Origin: a bacterium
Lineage (GTDB): Bacteria; Patescibacteriota; UBA1384; 2-12-FULL-50-11
DNA length: 64,000 nt
Direction of reading: 5' to 3'
NCBI GenBank assembly: GCA_021463485.1
Contig: JAJTYJ010000002.1
Coordinates: 32,673 to 96,672, forward strand
The translations under genes and the position numbers were made by a program. The notes beneath the pieces were generated by a model, which worked only from the letters and a program-made list of their open reading frames with translations, was not told the origin of the DNA and made no database searches. Positions 38,853 to 49,022 of the stretch are shown piece after piece (position 1 is the first letter of the stretch; each line of letters begins with the position of its first letter).

Positions 38853-39287
38853 ATGGCAGATACATACAAAAGCATACTACTTGTTGATGACGACCTGACG
38901 CTTCGAGAGATGTACGCCGAGCGTCTCAAAGCTGAGGGCTTTAGTGTTGAGATGGCAAAAGACGGCGAAGAAGCAATTAGAAAAGCAACCGATTTACGGC
39001 CGAATCTAATTTTGCTTGACGTGATGATGCCGAAAATTAACGGTCTCGATGTATTAAAGCGGTTGAAAGAGCAAGAGGGAACGGGTGAGATCCCCGTTAT
39101 CGTCTTAACAGCACTTATCCAGGATCGTGAAAAGATGGAGAGCATTACTCGCGGCGCGGACGATTACATCGTTAAATCTGAGACGATGCCAGGTGACGTT
39201 ATCCAAAAAATCCACGCGGTACTTGAGAAGAAAGCGGCTGGCGAGGCTAAACCATCTGGTGAGACTCCTGCGGCGCCGGCACAGTAG
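38853..39287 (+). CDS. single-domain response regulator
   Basis: LLVDDD, LLDVMMP, LTA, GADDYIVK. Confidence 0.95.
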   Translation: MADTYKSILLVDDDLTLREMYAERLKAEGFSVEMAKDGEEAIRKATDLRPNLILLDVMMPKINGLDVLKRLKEQEGTGEIPVIVLTALIQDREKMESITRGADDYIVKSETMPGDVIQKIHAVLEKKAAGEAKPSGETPAAPAQ

Positions 39288-39293
39288 TGTCGG

Positions 39294-40622
39294 ATGAGCG
39301 CGTCCGATTATATTAAACTTCGAGGTGGCAAACCGTTAATCGGTGAGATTGTTCTGCGTGGCGGTAAAAACGTCGTACCAAAGTTGATGGTAGCAGCGCT
39401 ATTAACCGACGAACCGGTGATCATTCGGGATGTGCCCAAGATTGAGGACGTCGAGATAATGTCGACAATCTTTCGAAGGCTTGGTGTTGAAATCGAGGAG
39501 ATTCGTCCCGGCACCTTACAAATTACCGCAAAAAATATTCGCGAGATGAAGCCGAACGATCTTAAGGGCATCTCTGGCCGGAGTCGTATCCCAATTTTAA
39601 TGTGTGGCCCACTATTGCATCGTTTCGGTCGCACAGTGGTGCCGCACTCAGGCGGTTGCAATATCGGTCCAAGACCAGTCGACTTTCACGTTAAAGCGTT
39701 GCGTGAGTTGGGCGCAATTTACAACGAAAACGACGATAGCGGTTACTTTGTAACGAAAGGTCTGCGTGGAACGACAATTACCCTGGAATACCCGAGCGTC
39801 GGGACAACCGAGCAAGTGATCCTCTCGACAGTTCTGGCTGACGGATTAACTGAGCTTCATAACGCCGCTGTCGAGCCAGAAATAATGGATTTGATCTCCA
39901 TGCTTCAGAAAATGGGCGCGATAATTTCAGTCGACACCGACCGAACAATTTACGTGGAAGGCGTCGATTCGCTCTCGGGAACGGTTCACACCGGTATGCC
40001 GGATCGCAACGAAACCGCTTCCTGGGCGTGTGCGGCGATTGGGACCAACGGCCGTATTTTTGTCCGTGGCGCTCAGCAGCTGCCGATGATGACATTTTTG
40101 AACAAGTTTCGACAGATCGGCGGCGGTTTTGACGTTAACCGAGATGGGATAACTTTTTACCGAGAGAATGGGCACATCACCCCAATCACCCTCGAAACCG
40201 ATGTCCACCCGGGTTTTATGACCGACTGGCAACAGCCGTTCGTGGTGGCACTAACGCAAGCCAAGGGGCAGTCGGTGGTTCACGAAACAGTTTACGAAAA
40301 CAGGTTTGGATACACCGAGTCGCTGAATGATATGGGAGCAAAAATTAAAATTTTCGAAGAGTCTCCAGATCAAATTAAATCGCGGTTCGGCAAGCGTAAC
40401 TATCGTCAAAGCGTCACTATTGAAGGCCCAACCAAGCTTCATGGCGCCCAGATTGAGGTGCCAGACTTGCGGGCTGGGTTCTCGTACGTCGTAGCGGCGT
40501 TAATCGCTGAAGGTGATACGACGATAAGTAATTTCAAAGTATTACAGCGTGGCTACGAACACCTGGTGGCAAAACTTCAGAGTCTCGAAGCCGAGATACT
40601 CGAGATTAAAACGAGCTTGTAG
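39294..40622 (+). CDS. murA: UDP-N-acetylglucosamine 1-carboxyvinyltransferase
   Basis: GGKN, GGCNIGPRPVDFH (catalytic Cys), PGFMTD, DLRAG, RGYE. Confidence 0.96.
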   Translation: MSASDYIKLRGGKPLIGEIVLRGGKNVVPKLMVAALLTDEPVIIRDVPKIEDVEIMSTIFRRLGVEIEEIRPGTLQITAKNIREMKPNDLKGISGRSRIPILMCGPLLHRFGRTVVPHSGGCNIGPRPVDFHVKALRELGAIYNENDDSGYFVTKGLRGTTITLEYPSVGTTEQVILSTVLADGLTELHNAAVEPEIMDLISMLQKMGAIISVDTDRTIYVEGVDSLSGTVHTGMPDRNETASWACAAIGTNGRIFVRGAQQLPMMTFLNKFRQIGGGFDVNRDGITFYRENGHITPITLETDVHPGFMTDWQQPFVVALTQAKGQSVVHETVYENRFGYTESLNDMGAKIKIFEESPDQIKSRFGKRNYRQSVTIEGPTKLHGAQIEVPDLRAGFSYVVAALIAEGDTTISNFKVLQRGYEHLVAKLQSLEAEILEIKTSL

Positions 40623-41360
40623 CTACTCGAACGGATTTCCCTTACCGTACGAACCCTCTTTGGTAGCGTCTGGCTTAGTTGTGTAAACGCGAAGACCGCC
40701 GAAAATCGTTTTAGCTTGCTCAAGAATCTTTGCTGAAGTAATGCTTGTCTCCTGAGTTGGGGCTGGCTTTGTAAAGAACTCGGCCGTGACAGTTGTAGTG
40801 TACTTGTCGGCCGCTTTAGCGATATCGATTGAAGTAATTTTGTTCCAGCGTGAGAACGTTCGCAATCTAGCCAAGAGAGTCTTAAGCTGAGTGTAAGTGA
40901 TCTCTCCGTTGAGGGTAAATGTGGTTGTCGCGCTCGAGCCTTTTACGACCGGCTTGGTAGTGGTCGCTGCTCCTCCTGGTCGCTCTGCGCCGTCGGCGCT
41001 CGAGGTGCTAGAAACGGGTGTTGTGTTTTGGAACGGCACGGTAATCTTTACGCTTCCTAATCCCAGATCGTTCAAAAGACCCTCCAACTCCAGTAATAAT
41101 AAGTCGGTCTGGGCACTAACAGGTAGGGCGCGCTCGGCTAATTGATACGCATCATCCAATTGATCTGTCTCATCTTTTAGCGCTGCAATACTCTTGCTGT
41201 ACGCCTCGGCCGCTTCTAAATCGGCGTCTAACTGCTTAGATTTCTCGTTATTTTCCTTCAGCTGGGACAAAATCGGCGGGTAGAGTCGCCAAAGTGCGCC
41301 GAGCGCAACTACAAGAAAGATAATCGTTGTAACCCAAAAGAATTTACTTTTTAACAGCAT
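40623..41360 (-). CDS. pilO: type IV pilus assembly protein PilO-like
   Basis: N-terminal TM, coiled coil, ALP motif, Y..L..LL..L...SR; last gene of the pilBCMNO block. Confidence 0.7.
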   Translation of the reverse strand: MLLKSKFFWVTTIIFLVVALGALWRLYPPILSQLKENNEKSKQLDADLEAAEAYSKSIAALKDETDQLDDAYQLAERALPVSAQTDLLLLELEGLLNDLGLGSVKITVPFQNTTPVSSTSSADGAERPGGAATTTKPVVKGSSATTTFTLNGEITYTQLKTLLARLRTFSRWNKITSIDIAKAADKYTTTVTAEFFTKPAPTQETSITSAKILEQAKTIFGGLRVYTTKPDATKEGSYGKGNPFE

Positions 41361-41904
41361 CGGTTTGTACTCCTAGTTCAATTGTGAAATCAAACTCTTT
41401 ATTGTTGTTGGTGGCTACTTCGTTGAGTTGTTGGATAAATGGTGCGCTAAACGTCTTTTCTTCAGCAAGTTTACTTCTAAACAGTAGTACTGAGCGTCGA
41501 TCTGAGGAGATACCCTGAAGAATAATTGCTACTTTTTTAGTTTTCGAGTCGACGGTGCTTTTAATGCTCTTTAGTCGTACCTCGCTCGGGGTGGCTTTTG
41601 CGATACTATCGAGCGTTTCTTCCCATGCGAACGATTCTTGATACGTCCCCCGACTACTAATGCGATCGCTAATAAAGTTAGCTTTAGTAGCGATTTCGTC
41701 ATCTTTGTTCTTTTGTTCTGAAAGTGCGGCGATCCGATCTTCCTTGCCGGTGATATCAGCCGAAGCAGTTAAGTTATACGTTGCGAGTGCCGCCGCGCCA
41801 ACGAAGACAACGACGCCGACGATGATGTAAACCAACGCAATTAAGTATGATAAAGAAGCGATCCGGTTGCGCTGTTTATGCTCTGGCGGTAAAAGATTAA
41901 TCAT
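41344..41904 (-). CDS. pilN: type IV pilus assembly protein PilN
   Basis: MINLLP signature, TM, ferredoxin-like C-domain. Confidence 0.85.
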   Translation of the reverse strand: MINLLPPEHKQRNRIASLSYLIALVYIIVGVVVFVGAAALATYNLTASADITGKEDRIAALSEQKNKDDEIATKANFISDRISSRGTYQESFAWEETLDSIAKATPSEVRLKSIKSTVDSKTKKVAIILQGISSDRRSVLLFRSKLAEEKTFSAPFIQQLNEVATNNNKEFDFTIELGVQTDAVKK

Positions 41905-42950
41905 TTCGTCAGTTCTCGCATCGATAACCCAAAGCTATCAGCAAACGATGCGGCTATATCTTTTGGTACTGGGTAGTGCGGACTACTGATGTGCTGCATT
42001 GGGTTACCAATAATTACAGGTAAACCGGTTTCCTGCTGGACGTACCCAGCTACGTTTTGAATATTTGAGCCGCCGCCAGTTATTAGTATCTCCTCAATCT
42101 TGGCAGTCGGACAGATTCGGTTCTCAAAAAATTTGGTTACGTGAACTAACTCGTCAAAGATCGGCCCAGATTTCTTCTTGAAATTCTCTAGGTCGTTTTC
42201 GGGGTTGTTCGCCTCAACTTTTGTGCCAAGCGGAACCGAAGAAACGAGTCGTGGCGAGAGACCTTCAACGACGTTTACACCCGTTGCGCTGGCGCCCAAA
42301 TCTAGGATTAACCGAATTTTCTTTTCATCTGGCACCACGGCTCGAGCGATGGCCCCGGCTTTAATATCAACGCCGGCTAAGTGCAGCCCAGCAAGTTCCG
42401 CAAACTCTATTAACGACTCGATCAGCGACTTTTTCGCCGCCGCGGCAAATACAACGGCGCCGATAATGGTCGTGTCTTCAGGTTCGTTGCTGGTTGGTTT
42501 TTCAGGCGCTTTTGTTTCGGGCTTCTCTTTTGATTCTTGTGGCGTTGGGATATCAACGAGCGGGCGACAGAGGCTCGGGCTAATCTCGTAATCAATATAA
42601 TACTCGTCGAGATTAATAGATAATCGTTCCGCGATCTCGTACGGCAGTGCTTGTTCGAGATCTTTTTTGCTTAGCGCTGGAATGGCAACAGTAGTAGAGA
42701 ACACAACCAACTCAGGTAGTGCGATCATCAGTTCTTTACCGTTAATTGCGCCAGGTTTGGCGTTAGCGAGAGCGTCTTTGAGAATTTTAGCTATCTCTTC
42801 GCGTTGCTGGAGCTCTTCTGCCTTCCAGGGATCAGCCGGGGTGTTGGCGACGTTCATCCCAACGAGCCGGTACTGCTTGCCCTGTTTATTGAGGCCACAG
42901 ACCTTTAAAGAGTTGTACGCAATGTCGAGCCCGATTATTGTTTTTGCCAC
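41901..42950 (-). CDS. pilM: type IV pilus assembly protein PilM
   Basis: IGLDI, LDLGAS, ITGGGS actin-like motifs; SD GGAGG before GTG. Confidence 0.88.
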   Translation of the reverse strand: MAKTIIGLDIAYNSLKVCGLNKQGKQYRLVGMNVANTPADPWKAEELQQREEIAKILKDALANAKPGAINGKELMIALPELVVFSTTVAIPALSKKDLEQALPYEIAERLSINLDEYYIDYEISPSLCRPLVDIPTPQESKEKPETKAPEKPTSNEPEDTTIIGAVVFAAAAKKSLIESLIEFAELAGLHLAGVDIKAGAIARAVVPDEKKIRLILDLGASATGVNVVEGLSPRLVSSVPLGTKVEANNPENDLENFKKKSGPIFDELVHVTKFFENRICPTAKIEEILITGGGSNIQNVAGYVQQETGLPVIIGNPMQHISSPHYPVPKDIAASFADSFGLSMRELTK

Positions 42951-42987
42951 GTTCCCTCCGTTATTACCATACCAAATTCACCAGTTA

Positions 42988-44202
42988 TTACCCACCAAAG
43001 TTTTGAACTAAGCCGTAAATCGGCCCAAGCACGGCTGCTACTACAAACGCGACACCGACACCCATAATAATCAGTAGCAACGGCTCCAGTAACGTTGACA
43101 GATTTTTTGAGGTCGTATCGACCTCCTTGTCGTAGAATGTGGCAATTTCAAGCAAAACTCCTTCCAACGTTCCCGACTCCTCACCAAGACTTGTTAGCTG
43201 TGAAACCATTGGGGGGAACAGCGGTTCACGATCAATCGCTGCTGAGAGCGACTTACCGCTTTCAACAAGCTTGTCGATTCGCTGGAAGGCAGCGTCGTAG
43301 TGAACGTTGCTAATTGTTTTGCGAATAATGCGGATCGACAGCAGTATCGGCAAACTTGCTTTAATTAACATCGCTAAGGTTCGAGAGAAGCGCGCCATAT
43401 AGACTTTTTTGGTTAGCGAACCGAATACCGGCACAGAGATCTTTAACCGATCGTAAAACGCCTGACCGGTTTTCGTTTTAAACCACAGCCGCATACCGTA
43501 AAAGGCGGCGATCACTATCGGCAAAATTACTAGAAAGTACTCTCGAATTGCCGTACTAGTGCCAAGCAAGATCCTGGTTAGTATCGGCAGCTCTTGCCCG
43601 GAATCGGCGAAAATACCTTCGAGACTCGGTAATACAAAGAAAACAATTAGCCCGGCGACACCGACTAACGAAAGAAGAATGATAATCGGGTAGATCATCG
43701 CTCCTTTAATTTTCCCAATCAAGTCAGCTTCCTTTTCCTGTTGATCGGCAAGATTGAGCAGTACATCCGAGAGTTGCCCAGTTTCTTCGCCGGCCTTAAC
43801 AACAGCGGTGTAAATTTCGGAGAAGACTTTTGGATATTTCATCATCGCTTTTGAAAGCGTTTGGCCGCCTTTGAGTTGTGTCGAAAGCGATTCTATTACT
43901 TCTTTAAAGTACTTCTGTTGAGTTTGACGCTTGAGCGCGTCGAGCGATTTAACGATTGGTAGCCCGGCCTTAATCATGACCGACAGTTGCCGAGTAAAGA
44001 TTATCTTTTCTTTAAGCGAAACCCGCTTCGTTAGAAAACCGATATTTAGCTTATGTCCTTGCGCGACCCCTTCGTTTAATTCGAGTACCAAGAAACCTTC
44101 GGCTCGTAGTTTCTTGGTCGCCTCGGTCACGCTCTCAGACTCGATCTGACCTTTTTGAGGCTTACCGCCAGACTTTTTGACCGTGTAACTGTAGATCGGC
44201 AT
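42988..44202 (-). CDS. pilC: type IV pilus platform protein PilC (T2SSF family)
   Basis: FTRQLSVMIKAGLP, GEETGQL, AMIYP, GEESG, LEP. Confidence 0.95.
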   Translation of the reverse strand: MPIYSYTVKKSGGKPQKGQIESESVTEATKKLRAEGFLVLELNEGVAQGHKLNIGFLTKRVSLKEKIIFTRQLSVMIKAGLPIVKSLDALKRQTQQKYFKEVIESLSTQLKGGQTLSKAMMKYPKVFSEIYTAVVKAGEETGQLSDVLLNLADQQEKEADLIGKIKGAMIYPIIILLSLVGVAGLIVFFVLPSLEGIFADSGQELPILTRILLGTSTAIREYFLVILPIVIAAFYGMRLWFKTKTGQAFYDRLKISVPVFGSLTKKVYMARFSRTLAMLIKASLPILLSIRIIRKTISNVHYDAAFQRIDKLVESGKSLSAAIDREPLFPPMVSQLTSLGEESGTLEGVLLEIATFYDKEVDTTSKNLSTLLEPLLLIIMGVGVAFVVAAVLGPIYGLVQNFGG

Positions 44203-46097
44203 TATTCTTTTGTAACTCGCCAGATCTCCTCGATCGTTGTTAACCCGTCGAGCGCTTTAAGGATACCGTCTTGGCGCATCGTAATTAAACCGTCTTGCTT
44301 TGCCTGAGCCAGGATGTCGCTATTTGACGCTCGTTTTAAGGTTAATGTTTTAACGCCTTCGGTTACTGTTAGTATTTCAAAGATACCGATACGGCCTTTG
44401 TAACCAGTTTTACCGCAAGCCGCGCAGCCAGCGCCCTTGTAAAAGGCTTTTTTCTTTGAAGCTTCGCCGCGCTCCAGCTCCGGAAGACTTTCGATCTCTT
44501 TTTTAATAAGCTCGACGTCTTCTGGTTTAACCATATCCTCCTGGCGGCATTTTTCGCAGATCTTTCGGCATAACCTTTGAGCGATGATGGCGTTTGTCGA
44601 AGAGGTGATCAAAAACGGCTCGATTCCCATATCTAACAGACGTGGCAGCGCACCGGCTGAGTCGTTGGTGTGTAGACTCGAAAGCACGATGTGACCTGTA
44701 AGCGCAGCGTTAATCGAGATGTCGGCAGTTTCCTTGTCGCGAATTTCACCAACCATTACGACGTCTGGGTCTTGTCGCAAAATTGAGCGTAAACCGCTCG
44801 CGAACGTGAAACCAATTTTAGAGTTTACCTGGCTTTGGTTGACGCCTGGCATTCGATATTCGACCGGATCTTCCATTGTTACGATATTGACGCCGTCGTC
44901 TTTAATTTGGCTAACGATAGCGTAAAGCGTCGTCGATTTACCGGAACCGGTCGGTCCGGTTACTAACGTCATACCGTGCGCTTTTTTAATATTTTCTTGT
45001 AATACGGTTAGCGACCGGCCGCGGACACCGAGCTGATCGAACGTTAACGTTCCTTTCGAGTGGTCAAGAATTCGAGCCACAATCTTCTCGCCGTTTACGG
45101 TGGGAATCGTTGAGATACGGAAATCTATTTTGTTAGCGTCGAGTAAGATCTGAATACGACCGTCTTGCGGTAGGCGAGTTTCATCGATCTTTAAATTCGA
45201 CAGAATTTTTATCCGTGAGATAAGCGCTGGCTGAACTTCTTTTGGTAGAGCCAGGACTTTGCGCAAAACGCCGTCGACACGAAACCGCACCTGTACGTCG
45301 TCTTCGCTTGGCTCGATATGGATATCTGAAGCTTTCTCGCGCACGCCGCGCTTAAGCAGTGAGCTAACTATTTTTGCGGCGGGGGACGTTTCGGTTATAT
45401 CCTCGTCGCTAACCTTTTCTTCTTGCTCTTCGATAGTCGAGATATCGTCGGTCTCAGAGTTTTCGACTAGTTCGTTTAGCTCTGATTGTAGTGCCGAATA
45501 CTGATCGAGAATATAATTAATATCTTCTTGAGTAGTTAAAAACGGTTTGAGAATTTTTCCAGAGGTTTTTCTGATGGCGTTGAACGCCTCTTCGTTCTCC
45601 GGATCGGTCATCGCGATCGAGAGTACTTTCTCTTCTAGGGCAAACGGCACAGCCTGGTATTTTTTAGCTAGATTCTCCGGAACTAGCGCCAAAATCGTTT
45701 TCGGGATAACCTTACCGTTTAATTCGATAAACTGAACGCTACTTTCACGATTGTGTAGCGGGCTGATACGAAAGTTATCTTCAACCGGCTGCTGCGGTGC
45801 TTGCGACGGCGGAGTAGAGCGAACCAGCGGCTTCAGCGTCTCACTGATGTCGAAATCCGGTGTTGTCGTTGCGGCTAGTTTAAGTACTTGTTTTTTACCG
45901 CCGAAATTTGTCTCAACTTTTCGGATCGGCAATCGGAGAAGTTTAAATGTGCCGAGTTCTGGCAGCTCAACTTTCTCACCTTCTTGAAGAGCAGCGCCAA
46001 TTACATCTGTCGCGCCGCGCAAATACGCTCGGACCTTAAAGGTCGGCATCGACGTTTTCTGACTAATTTTTTTAATAATGTCGTTAGTTACGGCCAA
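44202..46097 (-). CDS. pilB: PilB/GspE assembly ATPase with N-terminal HU/IHF-like domain
   Basis: ASDIHIEP, GPTGSGKST, EDPVEY, LRQDPD, CxxC...CxxC. Residues ~1-92 are HU-like. TTG start with SD GGAGG. Confidence 0.92.
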   Translation of the reverse strand: MAVTNDIIKKISQKTSMPTFKVRAYLRGATDVIGAALQEGEKVELPELGTFKLLRLPIRKVETNFGGKKQVLKLAATTTPDFDISETLKPLVRSTPPSQAPQQPVEDNFRISPLHNRESSVQFIELNGKVIPKTILALVPENLAKKYQAVPFALEEKVLSIAMTDPENEEAFNAIRKTSGKILKPFLTTQEDINYILDQYSALQSELNELVENSETDDISTIEEQEEKVSDEDITETSPAAKIVSSLLKRGVREKASDIHIEPSEDDVQVRFRVDGVLRKVLALPKEVQPALISRIKILSNLKIDETRLPQDGRIQILLDANKIDFRISTIPTVNGEKIVARILDHSKGTLTFDQLGVRGRSLTVLQENIKKAHGMTLVTGPTGSGKSTTLYAIVSQIKDDGVNIVTMEDPVEYRMPGVNQSQVNSKIGFTFASGLRSILRQDPDVVMVGEIRDKETADISINAALTGHIVLSSLHTNDSAGALPRLLDMGIEPFLITSSTNAIIAQRLCRKICEKCRQEDMVKPEDVELIKKEIESLPELERGEASKKKAFYKGAGCAACGKTGYKGRIGIFEILTVTEGVKTLTLKRASNSDILAQAKQDGLITMRQDGILKALDGLTTIEEIWRVTKE

Positions 46098-46169
46098 TTT
46101 CCCCTCCGTATGTATCCTAGCAAATTATGGCGTGACTTTTGAGGCGTTTCGTGGCAGTATCGTTTCAGT

Positions 46170-47654
46170 ATGTCCGCCATCTATCGACGCTACCGACCGA
46201 CCCAATTTACAGAAGTAATTGGGCAGGATCACATTACTAAAAGTCTCCAAAGCGCCCTTCAAAAGGAGATGATCGCTCATGCCTATCTATTTTCTGGTCC
46301 GCGCGGAACCGGTAAAACAACGATGGCGCGTCTCTTTGCTAAAGCGCTTAACTGTCCCAAGCGAACAAGCTCAGCTGAAGCCTGCGATAAATGTACGATC
46401 TGCCAAGAGATAAAAAACGGTAGCGCTGTCGATATTATCGAAATCGACGCCGCCTCAAATCGCGGGATCGATGAGATGCGTGAGCTGCGCGAGCGAATTC
46501 TATTTAGCCCAACCAGTCTGAAGTATAAGGTTTACATCATTGACGAAGTTCATATGTTAACCAAAGAAGCCTTTAACGCGCTGTTAAAGACGTTAGAGGA
46601 GCCGCCAGCTCACGCGATCTTTATCTTGGCGACAACCGAGCTACACAAAGTCCCTGACACGATTATCTCTCGTTGTCAGCGATTCCAGTTTCACCGCGCT
46701 TCTATCGAGTCGCTTCACAGTGTTTTAATAGACATCGCAAAAAAGGAGAAGATTACTCTAACCAACGACGCGATCGAGCTGATCGCTGAGCGCGCCGACG
46801 GCTCATTTCGGGATGCGCTGACAATTCTCGGTAGCGTCTCGGCTCACGGTAGTAACCTCGGCGCCGAACAGCTTCGGGAGATTCTCGGTTTGCCGAGTGA
46901 GCAAGTTATTGCCAAACTTTTAGAGCTCGTCATAGGTCAGGATCCGTTGGCGTTGGCGACATTTTTACAAAAACAGCTACGGGATGGTCAGGATCTGTCG
47001 GTGATGGTTCGGCAGTTGTGCGATCGATTAAAAGCAACAATTTTTGACGAGAAAGACCCGGCCGTTATCCAGAAGAACGCAACGTTACTCGAGCAGTGTT
47101 TGCTTGTCTTAGCACGCATTCGCGTCGCCACTGATCCAAACGGAATTATCGTTACCCGATTGTTGGCGCTTGTGAAATCTGGCGCTGTTCCCGGGCCGGT
47201 ACCGGTAGTACAGACCAACACTCCCACGCCGAAAGTAACAGACTTAACCAAGAAAGAGAACGAATTCGTAAACGATCAGAGCTCGACACAGTCGGTTGAT
47301 TCTGTCAGCTCTCAAGAGTCACAGCCGCTTGAGTCTAAAGATTTTTGGGGCGCGTTTCTTCTAGAGATCAAGCAACACAACCACGCACTTTACATGTTAG
47401 TTCGCTCGGCCAAGCTGTTAGAGCTCACTGATAGTAAGCTGGTGCTGGCGGTTAAGTTTCGTTTCTACTCCGAGCGTTTGTTTGAAACTAAGAACCGTAA
47501 ACTCGTTGAAGAAGCGGCCAGTAAAATTCACGGCAAGCGGCTTATTCTCGAGTGCCAAGTAAAAAGCGATATCGAAGAGGCTAAGCCGGCAAGCGGTGAG
47601 GACGTGATGAATACCGTCGTTGACGTTTTCGAGCTAGAAGAGGTAGCATCCTAG
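46170..47654 (+). CDS. dnaX: DNA polymerase III gamma/tau subunit
   Basis: YRRYRP, GPRGTGKT, EIDAAS, IDEVHML, SRC. Confidence 0.97.
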   Translation: MSAIYRRYRPTQFTEVIGQDHITKSLQSALQKEMIAHAYLFSGPRGTGKTTMARLFAKALNCPKRTSSAEACDKCTICQEIKNGSAVDIIEIDAASNRGIDEMRELRERILFSPTSLKYKVYIIDEVHMLTKEAFNALLKTLEEPPAHAIFILATTELHKVPDTIISRCQRFQFHRASIESLHSVLIDIAKKEKITLTNDAIELIAERADGSFRDALTILGSVSAHGSNLGAEQLREILGLPSEQVIAKLLELVIGQDPLALATFLQKQLRDGQDLSVMVRQLCDRLKATIFDEKDPAVIQKNATLLEQCLLVLARIRVATDPNGIIVTRLLALVKSGAVPGPVPVVQTNTPTPKVTDLTKKENEFVNDQSSTQSVDSVSSQESQPLESKDFWGAFLLEIKQHNHALYMLVRSAKLLELTDSKLVLAVKFRFYSERLFETKNRKLVEEAASKIHGKRLILECQVKSDIEEAKPASGEDVMNTVVDVFELEEVAS

Positions 47655-47655
47655 C

Positions 47656-49017
47656 ATGAAGAAAGATCTGATCGGCAGTAAGCTACCGCCGCAGAATATC
47701 GAGGCCGAAGCGGCGGTGCTCGGGGCGATCTTAGTTAATAAAGATGCGATGGATAAAATCGCCGATATCGTTACTGATGCCGACTTCTACCGACCCGACC
47801 ACCAGGCGATCTTCCGAGCGATTAACCGTCTTTACGAGAAGCGCTCACCGATCGATCTTGTGACATTGACGAACGAGCTCGAGTCGCTCCAACAATTCGA
47901 CGAAATTGGCGGGGCTGCCTACTTAGCGCAGTTGGTTAACGCCGTTCCGACGGCCATTCACGTCGCTCACTACGCCGAGATCGTCCGCCAGAAAGCCGTG
48001 CTCCGAAGAATACTCCAAGCCGGCTCTCGAATCTCCGAGCTTGGTTACGACGAAGAAAAGGAAATTAGTGAAATCTTGGACGAAGCCGAGAAGGCGTTGT
48101 TTAATGTGAGCCACCAATTAGTTAAAGACAATTTTATGCCGATCGCCGATATCTTGGCGAGCAGTTTCGATCGTATCGATCGTCTGCATCGCGAGAAAGG
48201 ATTGCTCCGGGGCGTCACCACTGGTTTTCGCGATCTCGACAACAAGCTCTCCGGGTTACAACCATCCGATCTCATTATCTTAGCTGCTCGTCCGAGCATG
48301 GGTAAGACAACATTTGCGCTTAATATCGCCTTAAACGCCGCCGTAAAAGGTAAAACGACGGTCGGCTTTTTCTCGCTCGAGCAAAGTAAGGAGCAGATCG
48401 TCGATCGCTTAATCTGTGCTCAAGCGATGGTTGACGGCTGGAAGCTTAGAACGGGTAATTTACACGAAGACGACTTCCCGGCGATCGGTATGGCGATGGG
48501 GACGCTGGCGGAAGCGCCGATCTTTATCGACGATACGCCGATGATGACTACGATCGACATCCGAACTCGCGCCCGTCGGCTTAAAGCTGACCATAATTTA
48601 GGTTTAGTTGTCGTTGATTACTTACAGCTGATCGATGGCGGCGCTGGCGGCAACATCGACAACCGGGTTCAGCAGGTGTCCAATATCTCTCGATCGCTTA
48701 AAGCGATCGCGCGTGAGCTCGATGTTCCGGTTGTGGCGCTCTCGCAGCTGTCGCGTGCTGTTGAATCTAGAGATAAAAAAATGCCGCAACTCTCAGATCT
48801 TCGTGATTCCGGCTCGATCGAGCAAGACGCCGACGTAGTGATGTTTTTGTATCGTGAAGACTATTACGATCGCGAAACTGAGCGTAAAGGTATTACCGAT
48901 GTGCTTATTCGCAAACATCGAAACGGTCCGATCGGAGAAGCTGAGCTTCATTTTCGAGCCGAGCAATCGCGATTCTTTGACGTCGAGCGGAAAGCCAAGA
49001 TTAACCCCAAGGCCTAA
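47656..49017 (+). CDS. dnaB: replicative DNA helicase
   Basis: AARPSMGKT, VDYLQL, LSQLSR, SGSIEQDAD, RNGP. Confidence 0.98.
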   Translation: MKKDLIGSKLPPQNIEAEAAVLGAILVNKDAMDKIADIVTDADFYRPDHQAIFRAINRLYEKRSPIDLVTLTNELESLQQFDEIGGAAYLAQLVNAVPTAIHVAHYAEIVRQKAVLRRILQAGSRISELGYDEEKEISEILDEAEKALFNVSHQLVKDNFMPIADILASSFDRIDRLHREKGLLRGVTTGFRDLDNKLSGLQPSDLIILAARPSMGKTTFALNIALNAAVKGKTTVGFFSLEQSKEQIVDRLICAQAMVDGWKLRTGNLHEDDFPAIGMAMGTLAEAPIFIDDTPMMTTIDIRTRARRLKADHNLGLVVVDYLQLIDGGAGGNIDNRVQQVSNISRSLKAIARELDVPVVALSQLSRAVESRDKKMPQLSDLRDSGSIEQDADVVMFLYREDYYDRETERKGITDVLIRKHRNGPIGEAELHFRAEQSRFFDVERKAKINPKA

Positions 49018-49022
49018 AGAGC

